Assembly (NCBI RefSeq): GCF_006345805.1
Contig: NC_042998.1
Location: 59,396,001 to 59,460,000 of the forward strand
Length of the DNA: 64,000 nt
Direction: 5' to 3'
Source of the DNA: Octopus sinensis
Taxonomy: Eukaryota
Position numbers and translations under genes: made by a program. Positions 1-13,315 of the stretch are shown here, in pieces. The notes under the pieces are model-generated. The model saw nothing but the letters and a program-made list of their open reading frames with translations, was not told the DNA's origin and did not search any database. Each line of letters begins with the position of its first letter. Within the stretch, counting starts at the first letter, position 1.

Positions 1-79
1 GTATGTGCAACAAACTTGAAATAAATTGTCTTACCTCCAGGGAGAACATCTGAAAGATGAAATACCTAGAAAGGGATAA

Positions 80-150
80 TGTGGGACCGGTTTCAGATTT
101 TTCAAGATATGTCTGCACACATATACTTGATTTATCTTCATCAGCCAACA
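80..150 (-). ncRNA. Type I hammerhead ribozyme (428-bp family)
   Basis: Minus strand: tg(t)tgg CTGATGA AGAT..TCAAG..CTTGA..ATCT GAAA CCGG TC ccaca. Stems I and II pair, stem III is the palindrome ACCGGT, cleavage triplet GUC. Confidence 0.85.
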
Positions 151-702
151 TATACCCGACAACATTTCAGATGTTGCCACATCAAAGCGAATACACTCGA
201 CTGAAACGCCAAAACGCTGACAGAACGAGAACAGTGAAGAAGTTTCAATAAAAATAGTAATGCAATACGAGAGTATTGCTTTCCAGTAAAGAATAGCCCG
301 TGAGGGAAAATTATACATAGAAGTAAATATATGGCACAACGAAGTACCGATATTTACTGGAAAATAGCGAACGTAATAAATACGACGCTAATGTATAGCT
401 TCACCGCCTATGTACTAGCAAAAATGCGTGTGTGCAACCAACTTGAAAAAAATTGTCTTACCTCCAGGGAGAACATCTGAATGATGAAATACCTAGAAAG
501 GGATAATGTGGGACCGGTGCCATATATTTACTTCTATGTATAATTTTCCCTCACGGGCTATTCTTTACTGGAAAGCAATACTCTCGTATTGCATTACTAT
601 TTTTATTGAAACCTCTTCACTGTTCTCGTTCTGTCAGCGTTTTGGCGTTTCAGTCGAGTGTATTAGCATTGATGTGGCAACATCTGAAATGTTGTCGGTA
701 TA

Positions 703-773
703 TGATGGCTGATGAAGATAACTCAAGTATATGTGTGCAGACATGTCTTGAAAAATCTGAAACCGGTCCCACA
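703..773 (+). ncRNA. Type I hammerhead ribozyme (inverted copy, 428-bp family)
   Basis: tg(a)tgg CTGATGA(709-715) AGAT...ATCT GAAA(759-762) CCGG TC ccaca. Confidence 0.85.
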
Positions 774-1027
774 TTATCCCTTTCTAGGTATTTCATCTTT
801 CAGATGTTATCCCTGGAGGTAAGACAATTTATTTCAAGTTTGTTGCACATACGCATTTTTGCTAGTACATACGTGGTGAAGCTATACATTAGCGTCGTAT
901 TTATTACGTTCGCTATTTTCCAGTAAATATTGGTACTTCGTTGTGCCATATATTTACTTCTATGTATAATTTTCCCTCACGGGCTATTCTTTATTGGAAA
1001 GCAATACTCTCGTATTGCATTACTATT

Positions 1028-1110
<83 letters not shown>

Positions 1111-1270
1111 CGACTGTCTTCTTTCAGTTTCCATCTACCAAATCCATTCACAAGGCTTTGGTCGGCCCGAGGCTATAGTAGAAGACACTTGCACAAAGTT
1201 CCACGCAGTGGAAATGAACCCGGAAACGTGTGGTTGGTAAGCAAGCTACTTACCACACAGCCCCTCCCTC
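1111..1270 (-). mobile_element. tRNA-derived SINE (octopus OK-like), partial
   Basis: Matches the recurring motif tgtggtaag..gcttgctt..aaccac..gttccgggttca...gtgtcttctactatagcctcgggccgaccaaagccttgtg seen several times in the window. Confidence 0.75.
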
Positions 1271-2555
1271 GGAACTTCATTTTTATTTTTATTTCTCCGG
1301 TAAACTATCTAGGTCGTATGAGATGAGGCCGACTCTGTTGACTAAATCTCTTACCAAGTGAATTCACGAAATCTTTATTATAAATCAATAAGTCTAATAG
1401 ATCGCATTTTCGTTTTTAGTTTTATATCATCATGCTATAAAAGTATTTCAATCACGTATTTGTAATTTAGAACTGTTGTAAGGCTGTTTCAGGGGAAGAA
1501 AAAAAAGTTACCTCTAAAGCACGAATTTTAAACGCAACATTAAATATAACACACCAGAAAAGGTGATCGATCATTTCCTTTAAATAGTGAAAATTTATTG
1601 AATTCTTAATATTAAAAGAATGTATTGAGAATTTAAATTCATTTTCAACTAAATTATTAGTTGGGCCGCAATCGGTTTCGATTATTGCTTGTTACACCAA
1701 CGCTAACATATTAACATATGTAGAGAACCAAACATATTAATTAATTGAAATTACCCATAATGAGGAGAGAATATCACTGGTTCAATTATTAGTTCTGCTC
1801 AATAGACATGGGGTTAGGTTTTGCGTTGATCTAGTTATTATTTCTAGCAGAATGAGTGAGTACAACAAGCTCCTTCATCGTGCGTCTTGTTTTTGTCATG
1901 AAGAGGCTGAAGGAGAATTTGTCATTGGACTTTGAAACTTGCGTCGCAACCTTTGAAGATAAATAGTTTATACACACACACACACACACACTCCCTGTCT
2001 CTCTCTTTCTTGTAGTAGCTACAAAACATAAGATATTTGCAATTGAGTGTTTACCTCGAAGTATAAAATAATTATTAATGAAAATTCCCTTTTTGTTTGT
2101 TTGAGGTTGCCCTTTTCCTCCCCGAGGAAAGGGAGCTGAAGTGAAAAAACATGAGAGAAAAACAGAGACAGACAGACAGACAATGAGAGAAAAGAGTGAG
2201 AGAAAGAAAGACAGAGAGAATCACAATCTTTTAGGATAGTATGGTAGAGGTTGTTTTCTGGTGTGTTGAAGATGTATTTTGATGCATTGGTCATATTGTT
2301 TAGCCACATGGCAGTCCTGATCTTCAAGGCTATGACTTCCAGCAGTAATTATCCCATCTTCTTGTATCCCTAAGACTATATTGTTCAGAATGTTCTTCTT
2401 TTCGAAATCTGTACCACATGATTTGAGAAAGATTTGGTAGCAATTTCTAGCAGACTTATTAAACTCTCTGAGGGTCTTTGGATACATATTGCTGTGTTTA
2501 ATATGAGAAATTTTGGGGAGTTAATTATCCTACTGCTTCAATCTCCATCTGTATA

Positions 2556-3005
2556 CTAGCAGCATAGCCCGGCATTGCCCGGGTATGTAAGAGCCCCTAG
2601 TAGGCAACGACTAATCCCAATCTAGTCCTTTCCCTCTAGGGAACGAAGGCGCATGTGTAGGTTGCAATGTCTTCTCTTCACTCGAATACTTCTGTGTATA
2701 CGATGTTCCTAGCTGTCCCTTTGGGCGAAAACATGAAAACATCATTGCGCCTCCCAACGCGTGAACAGCCCACGTACAGCCCAGAAAATGTGTTGCATAT
2801 AAAAAGCTTAGATTCTCGACACCATGTCGAATTTATCGATTTTTTCAGAACTGGGGGAACTTTTCAAACTTTTGAATTATGACATTGGGCTATGTGTGTG
2901 TCAAGTTTCATCAGAATCAGTTGAAAGCCGTGGTCAGGGTGAGGGTACAACCTGACAGACACACAGACGCACAGACAGACAAACTGCCGTTTATATATAG
3001 AGAGA
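2556..3005 (-). mobile_element. Non-autonomous Helitron
   Basis: Minus strand starts 5'-TC with GTCT repeats near the 5' end, has a subterminal hairpin CCCGGGCAATGCCGGG, ends in CTAG and sits between A and T. Confidence 0.8.
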
Positions 3006-4947
3006 TATCAAAGTACAACCTTATTTTCAGCATCTTCATTGGTTTTGAGCAACATTCTGTGCATATAACTTGTGGGCAGCATGTAGGATGCAAAGGTTAA
3101 ATTTGTATTAATATGTTTGTTGTGCCTCTTTGAGTAAATACTGATATACCAGGTAACAGACGCATAGTTCATGACGTGTTTAATGTATTGTTTAAATGCT
3201 AACTATTGTATGTTTGCGGTGATTATATGTAGTTTCTATGACTTTTATAAAATTCTGTCAAGTGTTGCGAGTATAGAAGTATTCAGAAAAGTTGGAGCAC
3301 TACAAATATATAAAATAGTGCATGAAAATCAGGATAAAAGAATATTTAGGTTCATGTGTAGTAGGCAGGTCGATATATTCTGTGATATTATAATAGTAAA
3401 GTGACTGTATGGTGTTGGTGGTATTTATTCAGGGGTTAATTACCTTTCATTCATTACGCAGGAAGAGAATTTGAGAATAACCGCTTCATAAACAAATGTA
3501 AACCAGGATCTACGTAATTCGTTTCATGGTTGATAGAAGCCCTAAGCTTCAAACCATAAAGAGAATCTTTCAGCAATCGTTGTTTTTCTGCCTATGAAAT
3601 GAATGACAAAATTTATTTCACATCTATTTAGTTTCTGCGGAGCAGAGATGATAAACTATGGGTTATCTACATTAAGCTTACTTTAGATGTTCTACTGTCC
3701 TCTATATATGCATAAAACAAGTATTTTCATTTAATAATGTCGCTGATTCATGTGTTACCACTCATGCAGTTTAGCCATGTCGTTTAAGCCAGGTCCTGGT
3801 TATCAATTGTTTTAAACTATTATTTTTATTCATTTATCGTTGTGAATAAATGTATATGAGATGTATATGGTGAGTATTTGGCGATCGATCTTATGCTATG
3901 TAATGTTTGGTTATTCTGCATCTATGCAGTTCGAAATGCATGAATAATTCACTAACGAGAATTACATTTGAGCTTTCTTTGAGAATCTGTAAATGACTTG
4001 GGATAAAGTTGTTTTTTGTCGCTGAAAAAAATCAAGCTTTCAATATATCACTGCAGATATGGGAAAAAAACTATAACTGTTCTTTCGCCTAGAAATATTG
4101 TGAGATGTTATAAAGCTGCTACTTTTTAAAGAGATTGCAAATTTAACTACAGTGCTGTTTATGTTTAGGGACGTAACGGAGTTGCATGATCATGGGATGA
4201 ATATGTCCAATGACTTACTTAGCATTAGTTAAAGATTAGATCGTGTAAACGAGTCTTCTGCATCATCGTTCAATGTAAAGAAAAATTAAATCAACAAGAA
4301 GAATTTATAATGCTTAGAAAATCATAGCATAACGCGTCAAGTTTTCCTTGTCTACAGGCTACGAAAAATTATAGAAAAGTGTTAGTGCACTACATAATGT
4401 TACGCATTGTGATACATAACATATGATATCTTCTAGAAAACATTGCGTGACTAGATATAATCATGTCACGCATGCAATGTATATAATCTACTTCATTTTG
4501 AAGAACGAAATACAGAAAGATATGCACACGAACGAAACTAAATGATAATATAGGAACCAAACTGCCAGTACGCTGGTTTTGCTACATGCATGTCTGTTGA
4601 AAAAGCAGCTGGAATATCAAAGTTTCATAAAGATATGTTAAGAGTTGTAAAACTAAGCTTGGTGATACACAATAGCAAGACTGCACATGTTTTGTTGAAA
4701 TAACTTGTATTATGCTTATTGAGAGGCAATGGGAAAAAATCAGTTTCTTTCTTCAGTACAATATGTTTTCTTCAGTACGATATGTTCTGGCAGCCATTTT
4801 CTCCTCACTTTCTCTCTATATATGTGTGTCCGTGTATATATATGTAACATATATAGACAGATAATGAGATAAACAGAGAGAGAGAGAGAGAGAGAGAGTT
4901 ATAGCTAAGCTGGTTTCAAATTTTAGCGGAAATCCAGCAATATATTG

Positions 4948-5126
4948 GTGGTGGTGTTCAAGTCGATTACAATGAACCCAGTACTCAACTGGTACTTATT
5001 TAATCGATCTTAACAACAGGGTGAAAGGAAAAGTCGAGCTCAGTAGAATTTTGAACTCAAAACGCGAAGACAGACGAAATGACACGAAGCATTTTGCCGG
5101 CGTGCTAACGATTCTGCCACTTGTCG

Positions 5127-5128
<2 letters not shown>
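4948..5128 (-). mobile_element. tRNA-derived SINE with Meta/MESC-like core
   Basis: Minus strand gagttcaaa..gtcgactttgcctttcatcc...gatt/aaataagtaccag. Homologous to 32608-32820 and 39985-40213. Confidence 0.65.
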
Positions 5129-5172
<44 letters not shown>

Positions 5173-5180
5173 TATATATA

Positions 5181-5629
5181 AGCATTTTTAGAGAGTTACT
5201 TCCCTTATAAATTCGGGCTTTCTTAGCCATTTTTGTTTTGGTGTCTTCAAGCCATGAAGTCGTTGTTCTAAAAGAACGCTGGTTTCCTTCACAACGCATT
5301 ACGACGTTGATTTCTTTACACTCCCTTCACCACAGCTTCACGAGGGAGGGAAGGGGGAGAAGCAAACAGGTGCAGCTGTGAGCGTGGACGCCAACTCCGC
5401 CGCCATCGACACACGATGCATTTTATGCATTAAAATGGAATGAAAAATGATGTTAAATTATTTTTAAAATCGTAGACTCATCGTTGACGCGCGCTAATAG
5501 TCAGACGGGCTCGATATGAATCACGACTATAAGATACCCGAATTTGGTTAAACTGCACCGCAAAATGTGGGAGGAGTTAGGAATCTAAATCGAAGGGGAC
5601 AGACACTCACACAAGTTTTATATATATAG

Positions 5630-5630
<1 letters not shown>
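5181..5630 (-). mobile_element. Helitron-like non-autonomous element, 5' part
   Basis: Right end (..gacagacactcacacaagttttatatatataga|t) resembles the 5'-TC ends of the Helitrons at 3005 and 49550. No CTAG terminus found. Confidence 0.5.
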
Positions 5631-5670
<40 letters not shown>

Positions 5671-7334
5671 TGTATATATATATATATATATTAACAGATA
5701 TTTTATGACTAATCAGCCTGTATTTTTTAAAAATCTGATATAAAATTTTTAAAGTTAACCTAAATTTTATATCGTTCCACTGTAACAAGTAAACATATGT
5801 AAATAATTATTGATTTTGCACAGATATATGAAATTGTCTTGAATTCTGTTGTGGTTTACAACAGTTCGATCTCTCTTCAGAAGATACGCACATGTGTATT
5901 ATAACAATGTCTTTGAAGTAAATTTCGTTAATGGAAACTATGCGAAAATCGGTCGTATATATGTGCATGTGTATATGCGTATCTCAGTATTTGTATTTCT
6001 GTTTTACCATCTGACAACCCGTGACATAGCGGCTCGTAAAAAAAATGGTTAAATTGGCATGAGGTTAGGCTTTAAAAACTAAGTAGTGAGGTTAATTTGG
6101 TTGAATAAAGCATTGAAAGGGGTGCCTCAGCATGGCCTCGGTGTCATGGCTATAACAAGTAAACTGTAAATGACTAATATCAAGTGTACTTGTCAGCCAA
6201 GCCACTTCATAAGAAACCATGTATTGAAATGGAAATAAGTACATCTTCGACGAGACATTCACCCTGAGAACAAACAAACAAAAAGACTATTTAAATTCAC
6301 TTTCATATATTTCTTGAAGTGTCAAAATTTCCGTCACGGAAATATCAATAGATCACTGACACAATATCATTTCAACTATTTGAAACTTTGTTACTAACAA
6401 GATTTTGCTATTTATGTATTAAAAACTGTATTTGACATCTGGGCACCAGCTGTCGTTCATCACTTTCCGATCATCTCCTCTTCTATTTAAAACTTAGTAT
6501 ATACGTACCATCAACATCGTTTCTCAACATTTATTCTTTAATTTTGCTTTCACTTATTTTCTTTCCCATCAACTTTTGTCATAGTGTTTGGGTTTGTATT
6601 TATCTGCTGTGCTTGCTACGTATTAAAGTGAAGTATCTTTGGAAAATGACTTCCAAGCAAATAAAAGATCATACACGATATTATTAAACCGCTCACGTCT
6701 CCCAAATGCGGTACTAACAATGCTAAAAGAAATCATAGCCATATTTGTTTTAACAACCATTGCTTATCACAACAGAAATAGAAGTAAATATATGTGATAG
6801 CAATTAAAATCTTCTCAGCAGGCTGGAAGAGTCTTACCGTAAGATAAGATCCAGCGGCAGTGTTATGGACTGTTCAGATGCAGTGTCACTTCCATTTATT
6901 CGCATGGTCTTTGGCAATATGATTGCTTGAAACTGATACGCAGCAATGAAAAGGGTCGTCAGGATGTCGATGTTGACGAACAAGGATTTTTCTTAAATAT
7001 GATTTGTACTAAACAATGACTATTCAAAGATAAACATTGAAAATTTCTCTCCAAACGAAATTTAGGAATTTCTATAGAAGTATCATTGTTACTTTTTGTA
7101 TTAATATCACCCCAAGTAAACACTGCGTATCTATAATTCAAAAACGCAACCTTATCTCTTACTGCCTCAGACTGATTATTCGTGAGAAGTGGACTAAGGA
7201 TTCACGTGTCTGCGAAATCTTCATTTATTTACACGCCAATTCAATGAGCAAATAATTCACATTTTTGAAGAAGTGATCGATGGTCTTCGAAACCGCCGGA
7301 TATCCATCTAACTATCTCTCTGTATGTCTGTTTG

Positions 7335-7649
7335 TGGCTGTGTGATAAGTGGCTTGCTTCCTAATCACACGATTCCGGATTCAGTGCCACTGTATGGCAC
7401 CTTCGACAAGTGTTTTCTACTATAGCATCGGGCCGACTACATCTAATATCTACATAGCCTTGGTTTTTTTTATCTCATTACGCAAAAAATTCTTATATAC
7501 ACACGCTGACATATGACCAACGTTGAACCCCTTATTCGCAAAATCACTGAACCTGGAACTTAACTTTGGTCTGTCTATAGCACTTATTCAGCATTACCTG
7601 ACACCTTTGGGTCATTGATACCATTACCTCTTATAACCTAAATATCTCG

Positions 7650-7721
<72 letters not shown>

Positions 7722-7940
7722 GTGTGTGTGTGCGTGCATGCGTGTGTTTGTCCAGTCGCCATCGCTTTTCAACCGATACCGGTGTGTTTATGTACGCGAA
7801 AATTAGCGATTCGACAAAAGAGATAGAATAAATACTAGGATTAGAAAGAATAAGTCCTGGGGTCAACTTCGTCGACTAAAACCCTTTAAGGCGATGATCC
7901 AGCAAGGCTGCAGTCAAATGAGGGAAACATGTAAAAGAAA
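7335..7940 (+). mobile_element. OK-like SINE pieces (head 7335-7440, body/tail ~7735-7940)
   Basis: tRNA-like head plus the tail ..ccagca.ggctgcagtcaaatga.gaaaca.gtaaaaga. Confidence 0.6.
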
Positions 7941-8159
7941 AAACAACAAAAGAAGAAACGAAGACGTAAACAGACCACCACCAGTTATGAATCGGTGATG
8001 GGTGGGACAAACACAGACACAACAGGTGCACTCAAGGAGCGCAAACCTCTGCCAAGGCAACACCAACGTCATCTCAACGGTTAGCCAGAGATTATTTTTT
8101 AAATGAAAATATCTGAAATACACTTGACTGCTGTCACAAACGAAAATACTAAAAATGAA

Positions 8160-8384
8160 ACCTACCACTCTTAAAATTTAAGTAAAAAAAAAAGCAGGAA
8201 AAATAATCCACGATCCTTCTCTGGAACAGGATCGATCCCAAAATCCAATAAATCGTGCCAGTCACGAAGCCAAACATTAGAATCTATTCAGCTGCTCTTG
8301 TGTTATCTTGTCCACGGAAAAACAAATAAACAATCAAACACGATTGAAAACAATACCTCCGCTTTAGCGAAGGCGGATGTAATA
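8160..8384. mobile_element. DINE/Helentron-like non-autonomous element end
   Basis: Terminal hairpin acctccgc-tttagcgaa-ggcggatgt preceded by ACAA-type repeats. Confidence 0.4.
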
Positions 8385-9639
8385 ATGCACACATATATAC
8401 ATACAAATATGTGTGTGTGTGCGTGCGCGCGCGCGTGTGTGTCTGTTTGTGTGTGTGCGTGTATGTGAGCGTGTTCCTACAATTTTTGTGCAATGTTTTA
8501 CAAGTCCACACGTTTGTTAGAAAGATTTTATCAATCGAATCGAATGTTACATATTTTATTACCTCGCTTTATTTACACTTAAGTTATAAGGAGCATCACT
8601 TCTTACTTAAAGGATTTTTTCCAAAGGCTATGAAGATTTTGTTACATACTGACCTTATGCCATAACAATATAGAAAATCTGTCCATCATTTCCAATGCGT
8701 TTTCTTCCATAAATTATGCCTGATGTAACATACCATTTCAATACCCGTTGATATTATGGGAGTATTTATATATAGTCAACATAATCCTTTCTTTAAAATG
8801 GCAGCGATGCTATAATAAAGAAATCCTTCTGGTGCGCTTTGTGTGAGTATTCAATTCCTGATCTTTAGTTGAAACCTCTACATAACTACATAACTACAGA
8901 GATTACATAAATCCTTAAAACCATTAAAAATAGTATGGTTTAATATTGATTAGATTAGTTTTATGAATATCACATTCAAATATTTGAATTGGCGAAAGAA
9001 AATGTGACGTACAAATTTCACTTAAATTCAAAATAATCTCATTCCTGAACCATTAAAATTGCAGCCAATATCGCTAATAAAAGAGCAATGGCAGTTATAC
9101 TAATAAGATGTGAGAAAAGCTGAATGCAAATCTAGTAGCTGGAGGGAAGCTTATTTGTGGACTTTCTTTAACTTTGCATGTGAGTGTTTTGTCAGATTTG
9201 ATGTAATGTCAATTATCTCCTACTGATGAATAATCAACCTTAACTTGAAGTTGACAAGCTGTAGTAAATGGGCGAGAAGATGAGAGTGCACAGAGAATAA
9301 GATCAATTAAGGAAAATGAATATGTTCATTCAAAGAATGCCATCAAAGATATCATGAAAACGTTTTCAGATTTGAACTCTAATACATGATAATGGATATC
9401 ATATTTCAGAAAAATTATTTGAAGAACATACACATACATAGTAAACCTTCTCAGGCTTACACATAATTCTGTGGTTAAACGTTATTTACAGCAAGTAAAC
9501 TCGTCCAGTATTCATATCTTGTAGTTACCCAGTCAACATCATACCTACACGTAACCCTAGCAAATACTACACGCTGAAGATTTAGAGGTGCAATGTGAAG
9601 ACAGTTTAGTAGCTCAAATAGCATATAAGACCATGTAAT

Positions 9640-9923
9640 TAAAACAATATCACCGTGACCGACATGGTCACAATGCACTTCGCATTGTTTTAGCCTTCAA
9701 ATGACGCCACCTCGCAGGCTAAGCGAGCAGGCCAATAGAAGAAAGAGTGAGAGAAAGTTGTGGCGAAAGAATACAGCAGGGATCGCCATCAGCCCCTGCC
9801 GAAGCCTCGTGGAGTTTTAGGTGTTTTCGCTCACTAAATACTCATAACGTCAGGTCTGGGAATCGAAACTGCGATGCTACGACCGCGAGTCCGCTGCCCT
9901 AACCACTGGACCATTGCACCTCC
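9640..9923 (-). mobile_element. tRNA-derived SINE (octopus OR-like)
   Basis: Minus head ggaggtgcaatggtccagtggttagggcagcggactcgcggtc..gtttcgattccc with A and B boxes. Homologous to 31191-31578. Confidence 0.8.
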
Positions 9924-10299
9924 AAGTAAAAGAAAATATATTTTAGGTAATTACAGAATCAAAGTCACTGTTGGTGGTAAAACCGATATCTTTAACGCGT
10001 TGTTGTTCTAAGTTGACATAGAAACAACAAATACTGTAGAAATTCAAAACTACAATTGCGATTCCGAGATAGTGAAGAACGTTGCCAATAACTGCCTTGT
10101 GTAACAGATCACTACAGAAGCAGTATTCTGTAGAAGGATTATACCGGACTAAAAGATACACCTTTGTACTTATTGCTGAACCGTTAAAAGCTGGATAAGG
10201 AAGCTCGCAGTCAAATTGTAGAATAGAGTATATTACTACACTTCTATATTTAAGAGATGAGGAATTATGCATATTATTTACATTCGACGGATATTTGTG

Positions 10300-10900
10300 A
10301 TCTTGTTTGCTTTTAACACAACGTTTCGGCTGAAGCACCCTCCCGGTGTCTTGGGAAAATTTTCGAAAATTTCGATGTTATTATTTTCATTATTATTATT
10401 ATTGCTGCTTGGCATCGAACTCGGAATACTTGGGGTTAGTAGCCCTCGCTCTTAACCACTAAGTCATATGTCCGTGGGTAATTAAGGAGTGAATTTTAGG
10501 GCTTATAAATCTAATATTTTTCTATCCTTACTTAATACCGGTTCCCATATGCTGCTTTTATGTGCACTCAGTCTGCCTTCTTTTAGTTGCTTGTATTTTC
10601 CTGTCGTGTTCTCTAATATTTTAACTTCATCCCACAGAGTAAAAATATTTCGATACACTATTACTCCATGTCTATCCACTACCCTAATTGGTTTCCATCA
10701 CTTGCATTGGTTTATATCATTGGTATCGCAAGGAGTAAATACAACTGTGGCGTTGTCCGCCTCACCAACGACCATTCATTAATAACCTACGTCAAGTTGA
10801 ATTGTAGTACAACGCCCTGTTTCTCAAAAATAGAACCTTCTTGCTCTAGGATGATCTCGGTAGCCTCACCTAATATCACAAGACTGACATAAAGCCTTTG
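10300..10900 (-). pseudogene. Penelope-like element remnant (GIY-YIG C-terminal tail plus deleted hammerhead)
   Basis: Minus translation LWDEVKILE...SSIWEPVL resembles Penelope endonuclease tails. Downstream is an HHR half, cagccGAAACGTTgtgt (~10316-10333), whose CUGANGA strand is missing. Confidence 0.45.
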
Positions 10901-11500
10901 CGTTTCAGGCATTGCCCACGCTTTTGGAAACAGATTTCGGTGTTAAATGCCTCTAAGATTTATATACTTCGACTTCCTTTTCAGTCTAATTAAACAAAAC
11001 AGGTAAATGAAAAAATCAGTGACATGAAGGCAAAGTCATCTTTGTTTTAATTTGTGCAGACAATATCACGAGAAGGAAAGATCAAGTAGACAGTCAGCTA
11101 CTGTTGTTATTGAGTCAAATTTATCCTTTGTGATACTGATATTGTTAAAGATTCTGACGTTAATCCTGATCTTAAAAACGTCATCGTTCGACCTCTGTAT
11201 TGTCATCGGTCTGCATTAATCTTTCAAAATTACTGACTGCAATGGTAGAAAGAGATATCAACCACCTGCCACTAAATTGTACAAATCATTGATATCGTAC
11301 ACATCTTTATAATGTGGTCGGTGGCCATCTTTCCATTGGAATAAATATTGCAGTTAAGCTGTAAGTTAAGAGAACAATGTTTAGATAGTTTTCACGTTCT
11401 TCTGTTGGGAAAATGATGCGAAATGTTTCCATTCTTGGACAAAATTTCTTCTCCACTGAATCTTCGGCTGTGATGTCCATTCCCTATAATAAATTACAAA

Positions 11501-11539
<39 letters not shown>

Positions 11540-11810
11540 AGATTAATAAAGAGAGTAGATGCGATACCAATAGTTATGAGCGGACTTGGAAATATCATCA
11601 CTTATCTACCAACATGGCTCAAAAAGATTGGTACAAATGTAAGGTTGAACACCTACAAAAATTCGCATTGCTTGGAACCACAAGGATTCTTTGCAAGGTC
11701 CTTGAAGCATGACCATTAAACAAGTGTTGCCTTAGTCTGCAGGATGTGGACAGCTGACACTTTCCACCATACCCAGCAAAATAAGCTGAGAGTTTTCATC
11801 AAATAAAAAT
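11540..11810 (+). mobile_element. R4/Dong-clade (RLE) non-LTR retrotransposon 3' end in a (TGA)n/(TAA)n microsatellite
   Basis: Frameshifted IPIVMSGLG...WLKKIG...HLQKFALLGTTRILCKVLEA*, then a short UTR and (TAA)n. Confidence 0.7.
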
Positions 11811-11832
11811 AATAATAATAATAATAATAATA

Positions 11833-11876
<44 letters not shown>

Positions 11877-11888
11877 TAATAATAATAA

Positions 11889-11919
<31 letters not shown>

Positions 11920-11934
11920 AAGAACGATAAAGAC

Positions 11935-12850
11935 AGTGGGACTATCCTCACGATGGTCTCAGCTGATAGCTGGATTCGTCCTACACGCGACAGCAGGTGT
12001 TCGACATAAACCCACAACTCAGAAATACTCGGGCGCTGGATTAGAGCATGCAGAACGGTTTCGTCGTTCTGCGCACATTTCAGCAAAGCCCAGCTGCATG
12101 CACTTTCATGCCTGTGGAATTTATCTCGAAAAGATAATGCCCTCCGGTAGCAGTGCCAGGCCATGAATATTCACCGGAATTGACCAGCCAACTCGTTATT
12201 TACGACGCCGAGAGACTCCCCGAGAACGTCGTCTCACTTACCCGCCACTAACCCTCTATAGTGGTACTTCCACGGACCGTATTGCCCGACTGACAGAGGA
12301 GTGTGAACGCCTGACGACACTTTAGGTGCCATGCGCCACTCCTCTGTCTACGCTTGATCCAGGACTGTGGCTCAATCAAAAAACAAGCTGTGGGAAATTG
12401 CATCTGACAAACGGCGATCACAATTGTTCAGCGTCTAGGAATCGCTGAAGATGTCGCAGTCTCAACGCGTGTCTGCACATCAATAGTCACTGCATGCCTA
12501 GCTTCCCATTTAGCATGCTGACAGAAAATGGAACGAATGACCGGTGAAACGCGTCCCGTCCATAGAAAGCGGAATAATAGGTGTTCCGGATTGGTCAGAT
12601 TCGAATCGGGACAAGGCACGGCGGTGAGGCGGTAGTAGATGACGGATGCTATGTAAGCATTCACCATTGCCACCAGACCTTTCAGGTATAACATTCTCTC
12701 ATCCCATTTTGGCGTGAGATTGGCCACCCTGCTCACCGCCTCGACCCAGTTCTTCTCCACCTGGAGATCTGGGCCGAACCAGAACCGAGTAATTTTACAG
12801 GTCCTTCCGTTCAGCGTCCTACGTGAGGGCGGCTGCCAGGTATGGGTGGT
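11935..12850 (-). pseudogene. L1/Tx1-clade LINE ORF2 fragment (RT thumb plus zf-RVT)
   Basis: ORF 12428..13000 has W..R.LYLKG...VNAYIAS..YY..FRFLW. ORF 11799..12164 has W..YRRAL..RDK..C...DETVLHAL..LW. Confidence 0.75.
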
Positions 12851-12992
12851 TAACCCTATCAAAGGCTTTAGACTGTCCAAATCGATCAACTCCCCGTCCA
12901 TGCCATCTTCATTCCCCACCCTGTTTACATTATGTCGAATGAGGTGGTGGTCGTCGTGGATGGAACAAGTTTGCACATAACCAATCAGTTGC

Positions 12993-13315
12993 TTGGGCAA
13001 GTGTTTTCTACTATAGCCATGGGCCGATCAAAGCCTTGTGAGTGGATTTGATAGACAGAAACTGAAAGATCGTAGTGTATATGTGTATGTGTATGTGCGC
13101 GTGTGTTTCTGTGTATTTGTCCCCCCACTACCGGTTGACAACCGATCTTGGTGTGTTTACGTCCACGTAACTTAGCAGTTCGGAAAACGATACCGATAGG
13201 ATAAGTACTAGGATTAGAAAGAATAAGTCTTAGGGGTTGATTTGTTCGACTAAAGGAGATGCTCCAGCAGGGTCACAGTCAAATAACTGAAACAAATGAA
13301 AGTATAAAAGAATAA
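12993..13315 (+). mobile_element. OK-like SINE (5' truncated)
   Basis: ttgggcaagtg..ctactatagcc..gggccga.caaagccttgtgagtggatttg, through to the tail ccagca..cagtcaaataactgaaaca. Confidence 0.7.

Larger units (their letters stand above)
1..1028. repeat. ~428-bp tandem repeat with hammerhead ribozyme, inverted at ~518 (retrozyme / Penelope pLTR-like); probably continues left of the window
   Basis: 1-90 recurs at ~429-518. 518-1028 is the reverse complement of the monomer and ends in (TA)n. The same peptide appears on opposite strands in the ORF track (31..339 -, 506..712 +). Confidence 0.9.

Noticed and set aside
2221-2487. 88-aa ATG ORF as a gene or LINE fragment
   Set aside because: No convincing motif.
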